Source of the DNA: Malacoraja senta
Taxonomy: Eukaryota
Length of the DNA stretch: 32,978 bases
Assembly: GCA_038087875.1 (NCBI GenBank)
Contig: JAXLNO010004189.1
Location: 62,001-94,978 of the forward strand
Reading direction: 5' to 3'
Shown piece by piece: positions 1 through 12,400 of this stretch; the stretch's first letter is position 1; each line of letters starts with the position of its first letter. A program made the translations under genes and the position numbers. The notes below the pieces were generated by a model. The model made no database searches. It was not told where the DNA came from and was given only the letters and a program-made list of their open reading frames with translations.

Positions 1-594
1 AATTTCCCAGTTATTCTAAGCGAGCCCTCAATCATCTAATTGTTTACCAAAGCCAGCCTACTTGCTTACCATAGTGCTGTTAGCAGAAAATGTCATCATA
101 GGTGAAAACCCTGTTTACCTTTTCCAATGCACTAAGGGCATAATGGACCCAACTACACAACATCTACGTGCCATACACTTGAAATTCCAAACGCACGTTG
201 CATATAATTCCCTGTCCGCGCTCAAACCCTCCAGCAAAGTGAACAGCCTCCCCATCCATTCTTCCCATCAAAGATTGATACTTATCCAGAGCTCCAAGAA
301 CATAATATATGATTCACCATCCTCTGACTGAAGAGATTCCTCCTCATCCCTTTCTAAAGATACATCATGTTATTCTGAGAGATGTACTTGCCAAGACCAC
401 GGCATCTGCAGTTTTAGTCTCCTGATCGTAGAAAGAATGTTCTTGTTATGGAGGGAGTGCTGTGAAGGTTCATCAGATTTCAGGGATGGGAGGACTAATG
501 TATGAAGGGCGATTTGGGCGATTAGTTTTACATTGTGATTAGAACCATTCAAAATCAACTACAAAATTCTTATGGGTCTGTACAGATTGAAGAG

Positions 595-800
595 AGTCAA
601 GAGTGTTTTATTGTCATATGTCCCAGATAATATAATGAAATTCTTACTCGCTGCAGCACAACGGAATATGTAAACATAGTACACTGTAAACAATATGAAA
701 AGCGAGGGAGAGAAAAAAAATCAGTGTGCATATATATGCACATACTCACAGGTACACACACACACACACACACATATATGTGTAGAAAAGTACGTATACA
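595..800 (-). mobile_element. Rex1/Babar-like LINE 3' end remnant with CA microsatellite (copy at 10886-11091)
   Basis: tttattgtcatatg...aatgaaattcttactcgctgcagcac resembles the reverse complement of the tail of the Rex1 copy at 23540-23600. Confidence 0.5.
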
Positions 801-1964
801 TATATTCAAGAGAGAAATCAGTTCAGTTCAGGACCCAGTGGTCACAATCTGATGATTAGGCATAAAGTTGAGATGAAGAGCGATTACTTGTTCCACAGAA
901 TGATGAACATGTGGAATGTTATATCACTGGAAGCAGTTGAACACAGAACATTAAATTTATTCAAGGAGTTTTATGTTATTTGTATGGTCAAAGGATCAGA
1001 GATGATGGGGAGAAATAAAAGGATCAAGATATAACATTTGGGTCACAATTGATCACATTGAATAATAGTTGAGGCTCAAATGCCTGAATTCCTGTTACTT
1101 TTATTTTCTACATTTCAACATTGTTGGATTTATCCTGGCACCATTTCCTCTGCATCGAAGAACATGATAAATGCGATGCTTAAAAGGAACAGAGACACTG
1201 GTGCCTATGCCTTTATACAGATAAGACAAATGCATACATTTGGTTTGGTGTTAACAAAGAGAAGACATATCAAAAATATTGCTCTTTTGCACATTGCTCT
1301 TTCCATGTGTTTACTCAGGATGCCAAAAAAATACTACTGTGTTTATAAACACTGGACTGAAAATGTACTGACCTATAATTGTTGGATAAAATAAACAGAA
1401 CATGGTCATCGAATCTCCCTGAGTGAATTCCACCCCCTGCCTTTGATGGGTGATATTAAAATACATAAAGGTTTTAAATGAATCACTATGGTGAAAACAT
1501 TTCCACCATAAAATCCAGCAGGGAATTCTACTGAGAATGCTCCCTCTCCTCCCCTCCCACCCAATACTAGTGAGAATGATGATCCAGATCAATGAATTGC
1601 ATTTAGGGGAAGGCTGGGCAAACACAAAAGAGAAAAGAACAGTCGGTTCTACATTGGAGAATCCAGCATAGACTTGCCAACCATGTTGCAGATCGCATAA
1701 GGTGGGAAGAGGCTCATGTGGACCATATGCACAAGTATTGGCAGGATAGGCAGAGTGGCCTGTTCCTACACACTTGTCTCCACTACAACCTTGTATTACT
1801 TTGACTGCCAATTCATTTTTGATCATTTTGTTCCATTCTTTCTTTAGAAAATACAAAATCAACTTTGACGGAAGATAACTGTGATTGATGCTGTTGCAAA
1901 TAATGGAGGCAATTCATTTTCTTAACAACAATTTAATTATGTGCCTTTTTTTTTTTTTTTTCCA

Positions 1965-2245
1965 ATTCAATCTTTAATTGTCATTGTGCAGTGTACAGTA
2001 CTGAGACAACGAAATGCAGTTAGCATCTCACCCAGAAGAGCGAACTTAGGAATAATCAGCAGTAAAATATATATATATATATATACACATACACCAGTAT
2101 CAGTAGTGCGATTTTTCTGGGGGAAGGAGTGTCCGGGGGGGGGGGGGGGGGGGGGGGGGGATGGGCGGGGTGACTGGCAATCACCGAGGTGCAGAGTTCA
2201 GTAGTGTAACAGCCGCAGGGAAGAAGCTGTTCCTGAACCTGTAGG
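1965..2245 (-). mobile_element. Rex1/Babar-like LINE 3' end remnant containing a G26 run (copy at 12256-12536)
   Basis: tttaattgtcattgtgcagtgtacagtactgag...gggaagaagctgttcctgaacct is the reverse of a Rex1-type 3' end. Confidence 0.5.
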
Positions 2246-2956
2246 GATGGGAGGAGGGTTGCATAATATGCCTTGCATATTAATTGACCATATGTCTTGG
2301 CTTTACATTACAAAACAAAGCCACTATTATACAGGGTGCAATCCAATGTGTTTACTTGGATTAAATGCCCATCAATTTTCAAAAATCTTATGCGCAATGG
2401 TCTAGCCGTCAAGCACATTCTACAGGCAACTATTATCAGGCAAAATCTCAAGAGCAGCACTTGTACCAAACCAGCCACATAAAATGAACATGATCACTGT
2501 ACCACCAGTCACCGTGGATAATTTTATATTCTTATGGATGATAAGTTAATGCATTAGATCAGAAATGTTAAAGTACAAACAATCAAGACTTTTTGACCAT
2601 CAAATAACCTAGCATTATGTAACATTTATTTGTGCTGAGTCTCAAATTAAATGCAGTGTTGAAACAACATATATTCTATCCAATAATGACTAGCTAATAG
2701 AATCTAAAAACAGAAGACTGAAAGCATTCAATGGCTCAAGCTAAATTATTGGGACAAATGGTTGATGTCACAAATAGGGACAAGAACCTGCACCAGACCT
2801 GTTAGGGAAGAGGATGAATTGCCAATATATAGCAATCAGGGAGGGATAGGACAGAGGCTGGTAGCTTAAAAATAGAACCAAGTGGGGAGAGGATAATGGG
2901 TAGATGGAAACAGGTTGGAGAGGAGGAGGAAGAGGTGAACAATAGGAGAATAAACT

Positions 2957-3500
2957 TTCCAAGTGAGACAGAGGTTCACTTGCAACTCTTTCAACCTTCT
3001 CTACTGCATTCATTATTCACATTGTTGTCTTCTCTACTTTGGAGAAACTAGCTTAGATGTCAACCATTTTGTAGACCACATACGCTTTGAAGCATAGATC
3101 ATCCTGAGATCTGTTGTATGGTATTTTAACACCCCTTCCCACTCTCACATTGACCCGTCTGTCGTTAACCTTATGAACTGAAAATTGTAAGCAAAATACC
3201 TGATACTCCACCTGGGTAGCTTCATGGTATATTAAGTTTTCACATATCAGCTTATCGACACCACTGGTGTTCATTTGCTCTCCCACAACCACCCCTACAC
3301 CACCTTTGCTCCATCTGCCCATCACCCCCCCCCCCCCCACCAGATTTCACTTGCCACTTACCAACCTCTTCCCCATTCCTCCTTCAAACTGTTAGAATCT
3401 TCCCATCCTCTCTTTCAATTCTAATGCAGTGCCTTGACTTGAAATGCTGTTTTTTGCGGTTTGCCTCCACAGATTCTGTTTGACCAAGTACATCTACTGT
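2957..3500 (+). mobile_element. Penelope-like element, decayed GIY-YIG endonuclease plus 3' region (copy at ~13248-13790)
   Basis: Translates FQVRQRFTCNSFNLLYCIHYSHCCLLYFGET, followed by a frameshifted FNTPSHSHIDPSV. This is typical of PLE GIY-YIG domains. Confidence 0.8.
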
Positions 3501-3569
3501 CCTTTCTTTAGTCTATAATTCTTGATGGAAATATCCACAAAATCTCACTATCTATAATAGAAACCTTTT

Positions 3570-3920
3570 AATTGGTGATCTTATAGTGCTATCTAAAATC
3601 ATGAGGGCGATTGATCAGGGGAATGCACTGTTGCATTTACCCAGGGTAATCAAGAACCAGCAAAAACAGGTTTAAGGTGAGGAGGAAGATTTAGTAGGAA
3701 CCTGACAGGCAACCTTTTCCACTCAGAGGTTACTGGGTGTATGAAATGAGCTGACAGAGAAGGAAGAATAACAACATTGAAAAGACACTTGGACAGGTAC
3801 ATGGATAGAACATCTTGAGAGGAATGTGGGCCAAATGCTGGCAAATGCGACTAACTTAGATGTAGCATCTTGTTCAGCTTGGAGCATTAGGCTGAAGTAC
3901 ACATTTCCATGCTACATGGC
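3570..3920 (+). mobile_element. CR1 LINE 3' end fragment (copy at ~13859-14209)
   Basis: ggtgatcttatag...tctaaaatcatgagggcgattgat...aggtttaaggtgag...cttttccactcagag...gacacttggacaggtacatggatag is CR1 C-terminal and 3' UTR sequence. Confidence 0.75.
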
Positions 3921-4354
3921 TCCATCACTCTTTGTTAGGTGAACATAAATCTGGCAAATGGAGTTTAATAATGGAAAATATTTGCTTGCACACTTTGGTA
4001 AGAGCAATTCAAAGAAAGCTCTTTACACAACGCAGAAGGTGATTAGCATATTGGCGTTCAAAGTATGTTACTATTGTAATTATGGTGCATGATGTTGTTA
4101 AGGACATATCAGGAGCACTGTGTAGTTTGGTTCTCAGATTTAAGAAAGGATATATTAATATTGGATATCATCCAGAAGAGATTCCTGGAATAAGCAAGTG
4201 TTGCCTTATCATGAATGGCTGAAATCATTGGCTCCGTATTCCTTTGAGTTGACAAAAATCAGAGTTAACCTTATGAAGGTATTTAAGAGCCATGGTGGGG
4301 TGGTGAATTGGTGGATAATGTGTGGCGGACAATGGAAACAAAGGGAGAAGACAG

Positions 4355-4470
4355 TTCCATGTAAACAGATATTCAGCTGCACTGCGTCCAACCATGTCCA
4401 CTGCATTCAGTGTACACAATGTGGCCTCTTCTACATTGGAGAACATAGCATAGACAGGTCAACCATTTTG
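4355..4470 (+). mobile_element. Penelope-like GIY-YIG fragment (copy at ~14644-14760)
   Basis: KQIFSCTASNHVHCIQCTQCGLFYIGE. Confidence 0.75.
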
Positions 4471-4771
4471 CAGAGAAGCTACATTTTGACACAAAGGAGG
4501 TTAGAACATTGTAGATATTTAAAGAGAAATAGGATATATTCTAAAAGAACAGGGGATTGTATCCTATGTGGAAGAAGTACAGTAAAGGGGTTGAGGCCTC
4601 AGTCAGATCAGCTGTGATCAGCATAAATTGCAACATAGCGCTAATTTGTACAAATGCAGGACAGTCTGTTAAGAAATACTGTCATGTTTAGTAAATTTAA
4701 TTTAACTATTTCCATATATTTCAGATCCTGCATTTCAATCACATCCATGAAATCTTCTATTCAGCGATAGG

Positions 4772-4812
4772 TTAGCAGTGCACGTTCTGGTTTGGTTGAA
4801 TAGTTTGATATT
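4772..4812 (-). CDS. Duplicated copy of the candidate terminal (cytoplasmic tail) exon of the MHC class I-like gene
   Basis: Identical to 15062-15102: acceptor aatttccctcctcAG, then (G)AA TAT CAA ACT ATT CAA CCA AAC CAG AAC GTG CAC TGC TAA. Confidence 0.5.
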
Positions 4813-4974
4813 CTGAGGAGGGAAATTAAATATTAGACAACTGTGAAATAGAAATTAGACAAAAGATGCAGGAGTAGTCCATTCGCAGAGCAGAGGACAG
4901 AGCTCAAAATGATGCAACTAGTTTATTTGCTTCAACTGTTGATTCATCCCACATAACATCATCCTTCCAGATAT

Positions 4975-5225
4975 AATGGCACAGCACCAGACATCTGGGT
5001 TGATTCTGACTACGGGTGCTGTCTGTACGGAGTTTGTACCTTCTCCCTGTGACTGCACACGTTTTCTCAAAGTGCTCCAGTTTCCTCCCAGATTCCAAAA
5101 ACAGACATGCAGGTTTGTAGGTTAATAGGCTAATGTCCCTAGCATGCGTGGGTGATCATTGGTTGGTGCGCACTCAGTGGGCTGAAGTGTCTGTTTCAAC
5201 GCTATGTCTTTGAACTAAACTAAAC
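4975..5225 (+). mobile_element. HE1/V-SINE-type tRNA-derived SINE (copy at ~15265-15515)
   Basis: ctgactacgggtgctgtctgtacggagtttgtaccttctccc core and an aactaaactaaac tail. Confidence 0.8.
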
Positions 5226-5249
5226 AAAAAATATAATATTCCTCCAATT

Positions 5250-5474
5250 AGTTTAGTTCATACAAGTTCTATGTCATCCACACTAGGGTTAAATTACAGA
5301 GACCAATTAACCCATAAACCCTGGCATCTTTGTGTGTATGTGTGTGGAAACTGGAGCACAGTGGAAACACATGGGAAAATATGCAAACTTCACACAGCCA
5401 ACAACCGAGGTTAGGATTGAACCCATGTCTCTGACGCTCTGAGGCAGCAGCTCTCTCTGCTGCGCCACTCTGCC
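5250..5474 (-). mobile_element. HE1/V-SINE-type SINE (copy at ~15540-15764)
   Basis: Reverse of the tRNA-like head (tgaggcagcagctct...ctgcgccac) and a ttagtttagtt tail. Confidence 0.75.
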
Positions 5475-6014
5475 TAATTTGCATCATGTTCAGCACAAAC
5501 ATTGGTGGCCGAAGGATCTGTTCTTCCACCATAAAATTCTGGGACATCAGCATAATAGTGTCACTGGAAGTACTCCATGCCTGACCATCAGATCCCACTC
5601 AAATTCCTCCCAATCAGTCGGACAGACACCCATTTAGGCAGCATCTGCCTGCAAATGATTCATGTCCCTCCAGCCCCTGCATCCACGAAGCTGCACCCCA
5701 AACACCACCATCCCTGGCAGTACATTCCAGGGCACACATCACATAGTGTGTAATAAAAACTGCAGCTTCTATCATGCACAGAAAATTATCCTACTTAACT
5801 AAATCCCTAATGTGGCCTTATAACATATTAGGCAATTAGTTAATTAGGATAATTTTAGTCAATTGGGAGGTGTGATTACAAATCTTGTACATATATCACA
5901 CACAAAGTAAAATATGACAAAGTCAAAATGGCCAGGCACAAAGAACAGAATAATCAGGAACATCAATAACATGAAATGTCCTCCTCACAGCACAACCTTC
6001 TCTGGCTGTCAAGG

Positions 6015-6554
6015 TACTGGATAAAAAAGTTGGGATGTTCTGCTACAGTTGTACAAGATGTTGGTGAGGCCACATTTGAAGTATTGTGTTAAGTTTTGGT
6101 CACTCCACTATCAGAAGGATGTCATTAACAGGGCCTGTGATTCAGGGAGAGGATGAGAATGTTTGGACTTTAGTCCTTGGCATCCAAGAGGCTGAGGGGT
6201 GATCTTATAGAGGTTTATAAAATCAAGGAGCATAGATAGATTGAATGCACAGAATCTTTTAACCAGCCTTGTGTCATCAAGAACCAGAGGACTTAGGTTT
6301 AAGGTGAGGAATATTACTTACTCAAAACCAGAGGAAGTGGAAATATGGAACAACATTCGAGGGGAAGTTGTTGAGGCAGGGACTTAAAAAAACATTTAGA
6401 ACACACTTGGACAGGTACATACTGTAGATAGGAAAGGTTCAGTGAGATATGGGTCAATTGCAGGTAAGTGGGGTCTAGTTTAACATGGCATCTTGGTTGA
6501 CATGGCCAAGTTGAGGCAAAGGGCCTGTTTCCATGACGTATGACTCTACGGCTC
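6015..6554 (+). mobile_element. CR1 LINE, decayed RT C-terminus and 3' end (copy at ~16304-16844)
   Basis: Encodes LLQLYKMLVRPHLKYCVKFWS. Ends aagggcctgtttccatgacgtatgactct. Confidence 0.85.
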
Positions 6555-7289
6555 CGTGGGCTTGAAAAGTCAATTCCTTTCCGTTTCCCTGCTAAATGAT
6601 AGTTTATCACCCTCATTAATAGTGACCACAATGGCAAAACCATGACCATGACTGGTTTAGTGATAATAAGCTAAAACCTTTGCGTCAGTTCAAATATGCA
6701 TGTCGTTGGTGTTCAATGACTAAATTGTTGCTGCATTCTTAGTTTTGGCAAGGTGAGAAATGGCTGTGTTCTGATTTGGGTGCTGGAGCTGTTGGACATC
6801 TTGATACCATGAAAGCAGAACCTCAGTTTCAGGAAATATACTTGCTGAGTGGTGTCTCAGACCAGCAATGCCTGGGAACATTGTATTTTGAAGAGGAAAT
6901 ATTACACAACCAAGGCCAAGTGCTCGAGAAAGCTGCACGTCTGTTATGTCAATGAAAACTCTGCTCTTCATCCATCTTGTCATTTTGATCACCCAGTTTT
7001 GTTTATAATATTGTATCACTTTGCAATAAATTCTCACAATTTATGACATTTACAGCTGGCGTGAAGATGCATCAGTCAATACCTTCTGACTTCCAATTTA
7101 GTTTATTTAATAGAAAGATAGAAACATTAAAAATAGGTGCAGGAATAGGCTATTCGGCCCTTTGAGCCAGCACTGTCATTCAATACAATCATGGCTGATC
7201 ATCCAAAATCAGTACTCCGATCCGGCTTTTTCCCCATATCCCTTGATTCCTTTAGCCCCAAGAGCTAAATCTAACTCTCTCTTGAAAAC

Positions 7290-7585
7290 AGTGATACAGT
7301 GTGTAAACAGGCCATTTGTGCCACCAAATCCATACTAACCAGCAATCGCCCATTCATAATAGATTCCCATCCACTCCCTACACTGTCAGGGTGATTTACC
7401 GAGGCTGATTACCTTCAAACCCGCTCATCTTTGGGATATGGGAGGAAACCGGAGCTCCCTGAGGAAGCCAACATAGTCACAAGGAGAATGTGAAAACCCC
7501 ACGTAGACAGTACCCGAGGTCCAGATTGAACCTGGGTCTCTGGCGTTGTGAGGCAGCAGTTCTACCAGCTGCACTACCATGCTGC
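7290..7585 (-). mobile_element. HE1/V-SINE-type SINE (copy at ~17581-17876)
   Basis: gggaggaaaccggagc...gtagacagtacccgaggtc...gaacctgggtctctggcgttgtgaggcagcag. Confidence 0.8.
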
Positions 7586-8069
7586 ATTACGTACAAACTC
7601 TAAATCCTACACTGACTTTCCCTTCCACTAGTTATATTCAACACAATAACTCCTTTACACAGGAGGAAAGTGAACTGCAATTCATCACCAGAATATACCT
7701 TACAACAGTGTGATCACAGGCAAGAAACCAGTGATATAGATGACTGAATTTACACTAAACCCTGATCATCCAGCTCTCTTGGGATTTGGGAAATGGTAGA
7801 TTTTAAGGACTGCTGCATGTTACTCCAAACATACTTTAATTTAACTAATTTAAGCACTTGTTAAGCAAGTCAGTGGTTGAGGTGCATCTGTACACTACTA
7901 TCAGACTTAAGTGGAGGAATAACCATTGTAATTTGCCTGAGGAGTCTCGAACCAGATTGTCACCTATCCATGGTCTCCAGGGATGTTGCCTGACCTGCTG
8001 AGTTACTATAGCACTGTCCCTCACAGTCTTTCCCAATCTTATAAATAAAAAATAGTCAGCACATTTCTA

Positions 8070-8355
8070 CATCATAAAGAGTCATGGAAATATGCAGCAT
8101 ACAAACATGGCCTTTGTCCCACTGACCATTCATGTACACTAATCCTACATTTGCCCCACATTCTCAGCAGCTCCCCCCACATTGTATCATGCACAATCTA
8201 GGGGACAACTAACCTACCAAACAATGTTTTGGTGATGTGGGAGGAAACCAGAGCACCTGGGGAAACCCGCATGGTAACAGGAACAACATGCAAACTCTAC
8301 AGATACAACAGCTGATGTCGGTATTTAATTCAGGTCTCTGACTCTGTGCTGCCCT
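8070..8355 (-). mobile_element. HE1/V-SINE-type SINE, decayed (copy at ~18362-18647)
   Basis: gtgggaggaaaccagagcacctggggaaacccgcatggtaacagg...tgcaaactctacaga. Confidence 0.7.
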
Positions 8356-8489
8356 GTTTCACATTGTAGTCCACCTGTCATGTTGTTGCTCATTCATTCG
8401 ACTTTCCGCCTTGAACCATTTCTCCCACTACTCACATTCCCACTTTATTTTGAGTTTTCCAGCAACAGCGGCCTTGGTGGCAGCTACTG

Positions 8490-8778
8490 TGTGCAGCGGT
8501 AGAGTTGCTGCCTTACAGCGCTTACAGCACCGGAGACCCGGGTTCGATCCCGACTACTGATGCTGTCTGTACAGAGTTTGTACGTTCTCCCCATGACCGC
8601 GTGTGTTTTCTCCAAGATCTAAGGTTTCCTCCTACACTCCAAAGACTTACAGGTATGTAGGTTAATTGGCTTGGTGTGCATGTATAGGATAGTGTTAATG
8701 TGCGGGAATCACTGGTCAGCGCAGACTCGATGGGCCGAAGGGCCTGTTTTGTCACTGTATCTCTAAATTAAACTAAAC
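8490..8778 (+). mobile_element. HE1/V-SINE-type SINE, near full length (copy at ~18782-19070)
   Basis: A-box-like gtgcagcggtagag, B-box GGTTCGATCC, V-domain-like core, and a CR1-like tail gggccgaagggcctgttt followed by (ctaaa)n. Confidence 0.9.
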
Positions 8779-8854
8779 AAAACTAGTAAATGTTAAACTG
8801 CAACCAAACTGCCTCGTAGCTGACTTGGATCATGAACAATGCGAGCCCCCAACA

Positions 8855-9165
8855 GAGCAGCACAGTGTCACAACTCGTAGAGCAGCTGCCTCATAGCGAC
8901 ACAGACCCGGGTTCAATTTTGACCTCGAGTGCCATCTGTGTGGAGTTTGCACGTTCTCCGTGTAACCTCATTGGATCCCTCCAGGGGCTCCGGTTTCCTC
9001 ACACATCCTAAGATGTGTCAGTTTATAGTTTAATTGGCCACTGTAAATTTCCCCTAGTGGGTGGGTGACTGGATGAGAAGGTGCAATGAGATAGAATTCA
9101 TGAGAACAGGTGGTTGGTGGTTGGCATGGACACGGTGGGCCAAAAGGACTGCTTGCATGCTGTAC
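8855..9165 (+). mobile_element. HE1/V-SINE-type SINE (copy at ~19147-19457)
   Basis: cagacccgggttcaatt...gtgtggagtttgcacgttctccg...gggctccggtttcctc. Confidence 0.8.
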
Positions 9166-9413
9166 TTTTTAATGATATCTCTAGGATTTGTTGCAGTGAA
9201 TCCATAATGTCTACCTATTTATTTTACTTTGAATTCACAATTTTCAAATATCTGATTATCAGAAACATTTAACACCAGCACAAAGGCTAGTTGACAGTGG
9301 TGACTGTCGAGGCATTTCAGGTGTAGCTGTTGCCTTATCCTACTTGAGATCGATCATTTCTTCAAGCCCAATACCTTTACTAGCAACAGTTCATCACAAT
9401 TTTTCCATCTTAC

Positions 9414-9477
9414 CTCTCCTCTTTTTTCTCCACCAAACAATTACTGCCAAGACAATAGCCAGCGATATCAGCACACA
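9414..9477 (-). pseudogene. 5'-truncated duplicate of the TM exon (last 64 of 108 nt, donor intact, native acceptor lost)
   Basis: Identical to 19706-19769 (CVLISLAIVLAVIVWWRKKRR|gtaaga). The duplication junction replaces the upstream 44 nt and the acceptor. Confidence 0.85.
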
Positions 9478-12400
9478 TTGCCACCAAAATGCATTATGAT
9501 CATTGCCACCAAAATGCATCATCACTACCACTAAAATACTACTCCCATCTTGCTGCCAAGCAATACCCCCATTTTGTATACAGTCGCCTTAATACTATTT
9601 CTTAAATTAATTTGAGAACCTCTGCACTCTGCTTCAGTGACAGGTAATATCAAGTGTAAATTCACAACTATTTATTGTTCTGGGGTGGGTTATTTTGCAC
9701 CATATAAACAGGCCAAAATATTTCTCTTTCCGTATCCCTAAGTTTATTTGATATACGATGATAAATACAAAACAATGGATCATTTAAATGTTTACTGTGC
9801 TGATGGGGACCATTCATCCTATCAGGCCAATGCCACCTCTCTACTGGAGAAAATCACTTGTTCAACCCCAGCCCTTAGACTGTAGTTTTGCGTGTTTTTG
9901 CTCACAATTAGTTTATCCAATTCTCACTTTGTAATGAAACATAAATAGGATTCGGATCAATGAACGGAGAAAGAAAATTTCAGGGGTACAAATGACTAGC
10001 TTTATTACATCAAATTAAAAGACAAAACATTAAAAAAGCAACGAATCTCATGGCTTTCAGCTCAATGTGTTATATGATAGAAGCAGTGGCAAATACCATC
10101 AAGTCTCACAGTCTTCTGCCCATTGGAGACTCCTATTTATGATGGCTGATATAGAGATCTTGCGGCCTAGCCACTGTCCTTCAAAGGTTCTGTATTAATT
10201 CAAGCACCGAGCTATTCTTGCATGTCTCGGAGAAAGAAAGGTTCAACTTATCCTTTAGCTACACTGTAAATATCCTTGTAGGCTGCTCCATAATTTCCCA
10301 GTTATTCTAAGCGAGCCCTCAATCATCTAATTGTTTACCAAAGCCAGCCTACTTGCTTACCATAGTGCTGTTAGCAGAAAATGTCATCATAGGTGAAAAC
10401 CCTGTTTACCTTTTCCAATGCACTAAGGGCATAATGGACCCAACTACACAACATCTACGTGCCATACACTTGAAATTCCAAACGCACGTTGCATATAATT
10501 CCCTGTCCGCGCTCAAACCCTCCAGCAAAGTGAACAGCCTCCCCATCCATTCTTCCCATCAAAGATTGATACTTATCCAGAGCTCCAAGAACATAATATA
10601 TGATTCACCATCCTCTGACTGAAGAGATTCCTCCTCATCCCTTTCTAAAGATACATCATGTTATTCTGAGAGATGTACTTGCCAAGACCACGGCATCTGC
10701 AGTTTTAGTCTCCTGATCGTAGAAAGAATGTTCTTGTTATGGAGGGAGTGCTGTGAAGGTTCATCAGATTTCAGGGATGGGAGGACTAATGTATGAAGGG
10801 CGATTTGGGCGATTAGTTTTACATTGTGATTAGAACCATTCAAAATCAACTACAAAATTCTTATGGGTCTGTACAGATTGAAGAGAGTCAAGAGTGTTTT
10901 ATTGTCATATGTCCCAGATAATATAATGAAATTCTTACTCGCTGCAGCACAACGGAATATGTAAACATAGTACACTGTAAACAATATGAAAAGCGAGGGA
11001 GAGAAAAAAAATCAGTGTGCATATATATGCACATACTCACAGGTACACACACACACACACACACATATATGTGTAGAAAAGTACGTATACATATATTCAA
11101 GAGAGAAATCAGTTCAGTTCAGGACCCAGTGGTCACAATCTGATGATTAGGCATAAAGTTGAGATGAAGAGCGATTACTTGTTCCACAGAATGATGAACA
11201 TGTGGAATGTTATATCACTGGAAGCAGTTGAACACAGAACATTAAATTTATTCAAGGAGTTTTATGTTATTTGTATGGTCAAAGGATCAGAGATGATGGG
11301 GAGAAATAAAAGGATCAAGATATAACATTTGGGTCACAATTGATCACATTGAATAATAGTTGAGGCTCAAATGCCTGAATTCCTGTTACTTTTATTTTCT
11401 ACATTTCAACATTGTTGGATTTATCCTGGCACCATTTCCTCTGCATCGAAGAACATGATAAATGCGATGCTTAAAAGGAACAGAGACACTGGTGCCTATG
11501 CCTTTATACAGATAAGACAAATGCATACATTTGGTTTGGTGTTAACAAAGAGAAGACATATCAAAAATATTGCTCTTTTGCACATTGCTCTTTCCATGTG
11601 TTTACTCAGGATGCCAAAAAAATACTACTGTGTTTATAAACACTGGACTGAAAATGTACTGACCTATAATTGTTGGATAAAATAAACAGAACATGGTCAT
11701 CGAATCTCCCTGAGTGAATTCCACCCCCTGCCTTTGATGGGTGATATTAAAATACATAAAGGTTTTAAATGAATCACTATGGTGAAAACATTTCCACCAT
11801 AAAATCCAGCAGGGAATTCTACTGAGAATGCTCCCTCTCCTCCCCTCCCACCCAATACTAGTGAGAATGATGATCCAGATCAATGAATTGCATTTAGGGG
11901 AAGGCTGGGCAAACACAAAAGAGAAAAGAACAGTCGGTTCTACATTGGAGAATCCAGCATAGACTTGCCAACCATGTTGCAGATCGCATAAGGTGGGAAG
12001 AGGCTCATGTGGACCATATGCACAAGTATTGGCAGGATAGGCAGAGTGGCCTGTTCCTACACACTTGTCTCCACTACAACCTTGTATTACTTTGACTGCC
12101 AATTCATTTTTGATCATTTTGTTCCATTCTTTCTTTAGAAAATACAAAATCAACTTTGACGGAAGATAACTGTGATTGATGCTGTTGCAAATAATGGAGG
12201 CAATTCATTTTCTTAACAACAATTTAATTATGTGCCTTTTTTTTTTTTTTTTCCAATTCAATCTTTAATTGTCATTGTGCAGTGTACAGTACTGAGACAA
12301 CGAAATGCAGTTAGCATCTCACCCAGAAGAGCGAACTTAGGAATAATCAGCAGTAAAATATATATATATATATATACACATACACCAGTATCAGTAGTGC

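Larger units (their letters stand above)
1..9477. repeat. Tandem segmental duplication, copy 1 (left end outside window); matches 10292-19769
   Basis: Position 1 aatttcccagttattc recurs at 10292. The ORF track repeats at offsets 10289-10292. Identity ends after cagcacaca (9477 versus 19769). Confidence 0.97.

Noticed and set aside
70-76. 7-nt micro-exon pattern (ctaacAG CACTATG GTAAGC) on the minus strand; copy at 10361-10367
   Set aside because: It is frame-shifting and lies downstream of the terminal exon with no supporting context.
1311-1862. 183-aa minus-strand ORF with a strong acceptor at 1615-1614 and a hydrophobic patch (SLIWIIILTSIG); copy at 11602-12153
   Set aside because: Phase 1, which the gene needs, hits TAA after 3 codons. 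It lies beyond the terminal exon, partly overlaps an antisense Penelope remnant and shows no recognisable domain.
4725-4770. Plus-strand exon-like segment (tttcAG...AG|GTTAG)
   Set aside because: It is antisense to the predicted 3' UTR, has a phase 1 stop and no plus-strand gene was found.
6745-6960. Stop-free plus-strand stretch after a weak acceptor (FWQGEKW...EKAARLLCQ*)
   Set aside because: No donor, partner exon or recognisable domain, and the length is compatible with chance.
8490-8560. tRNA gene
   Set aside because: The A/B boxes are followed by SINE core and tail, so this is a SINE head.
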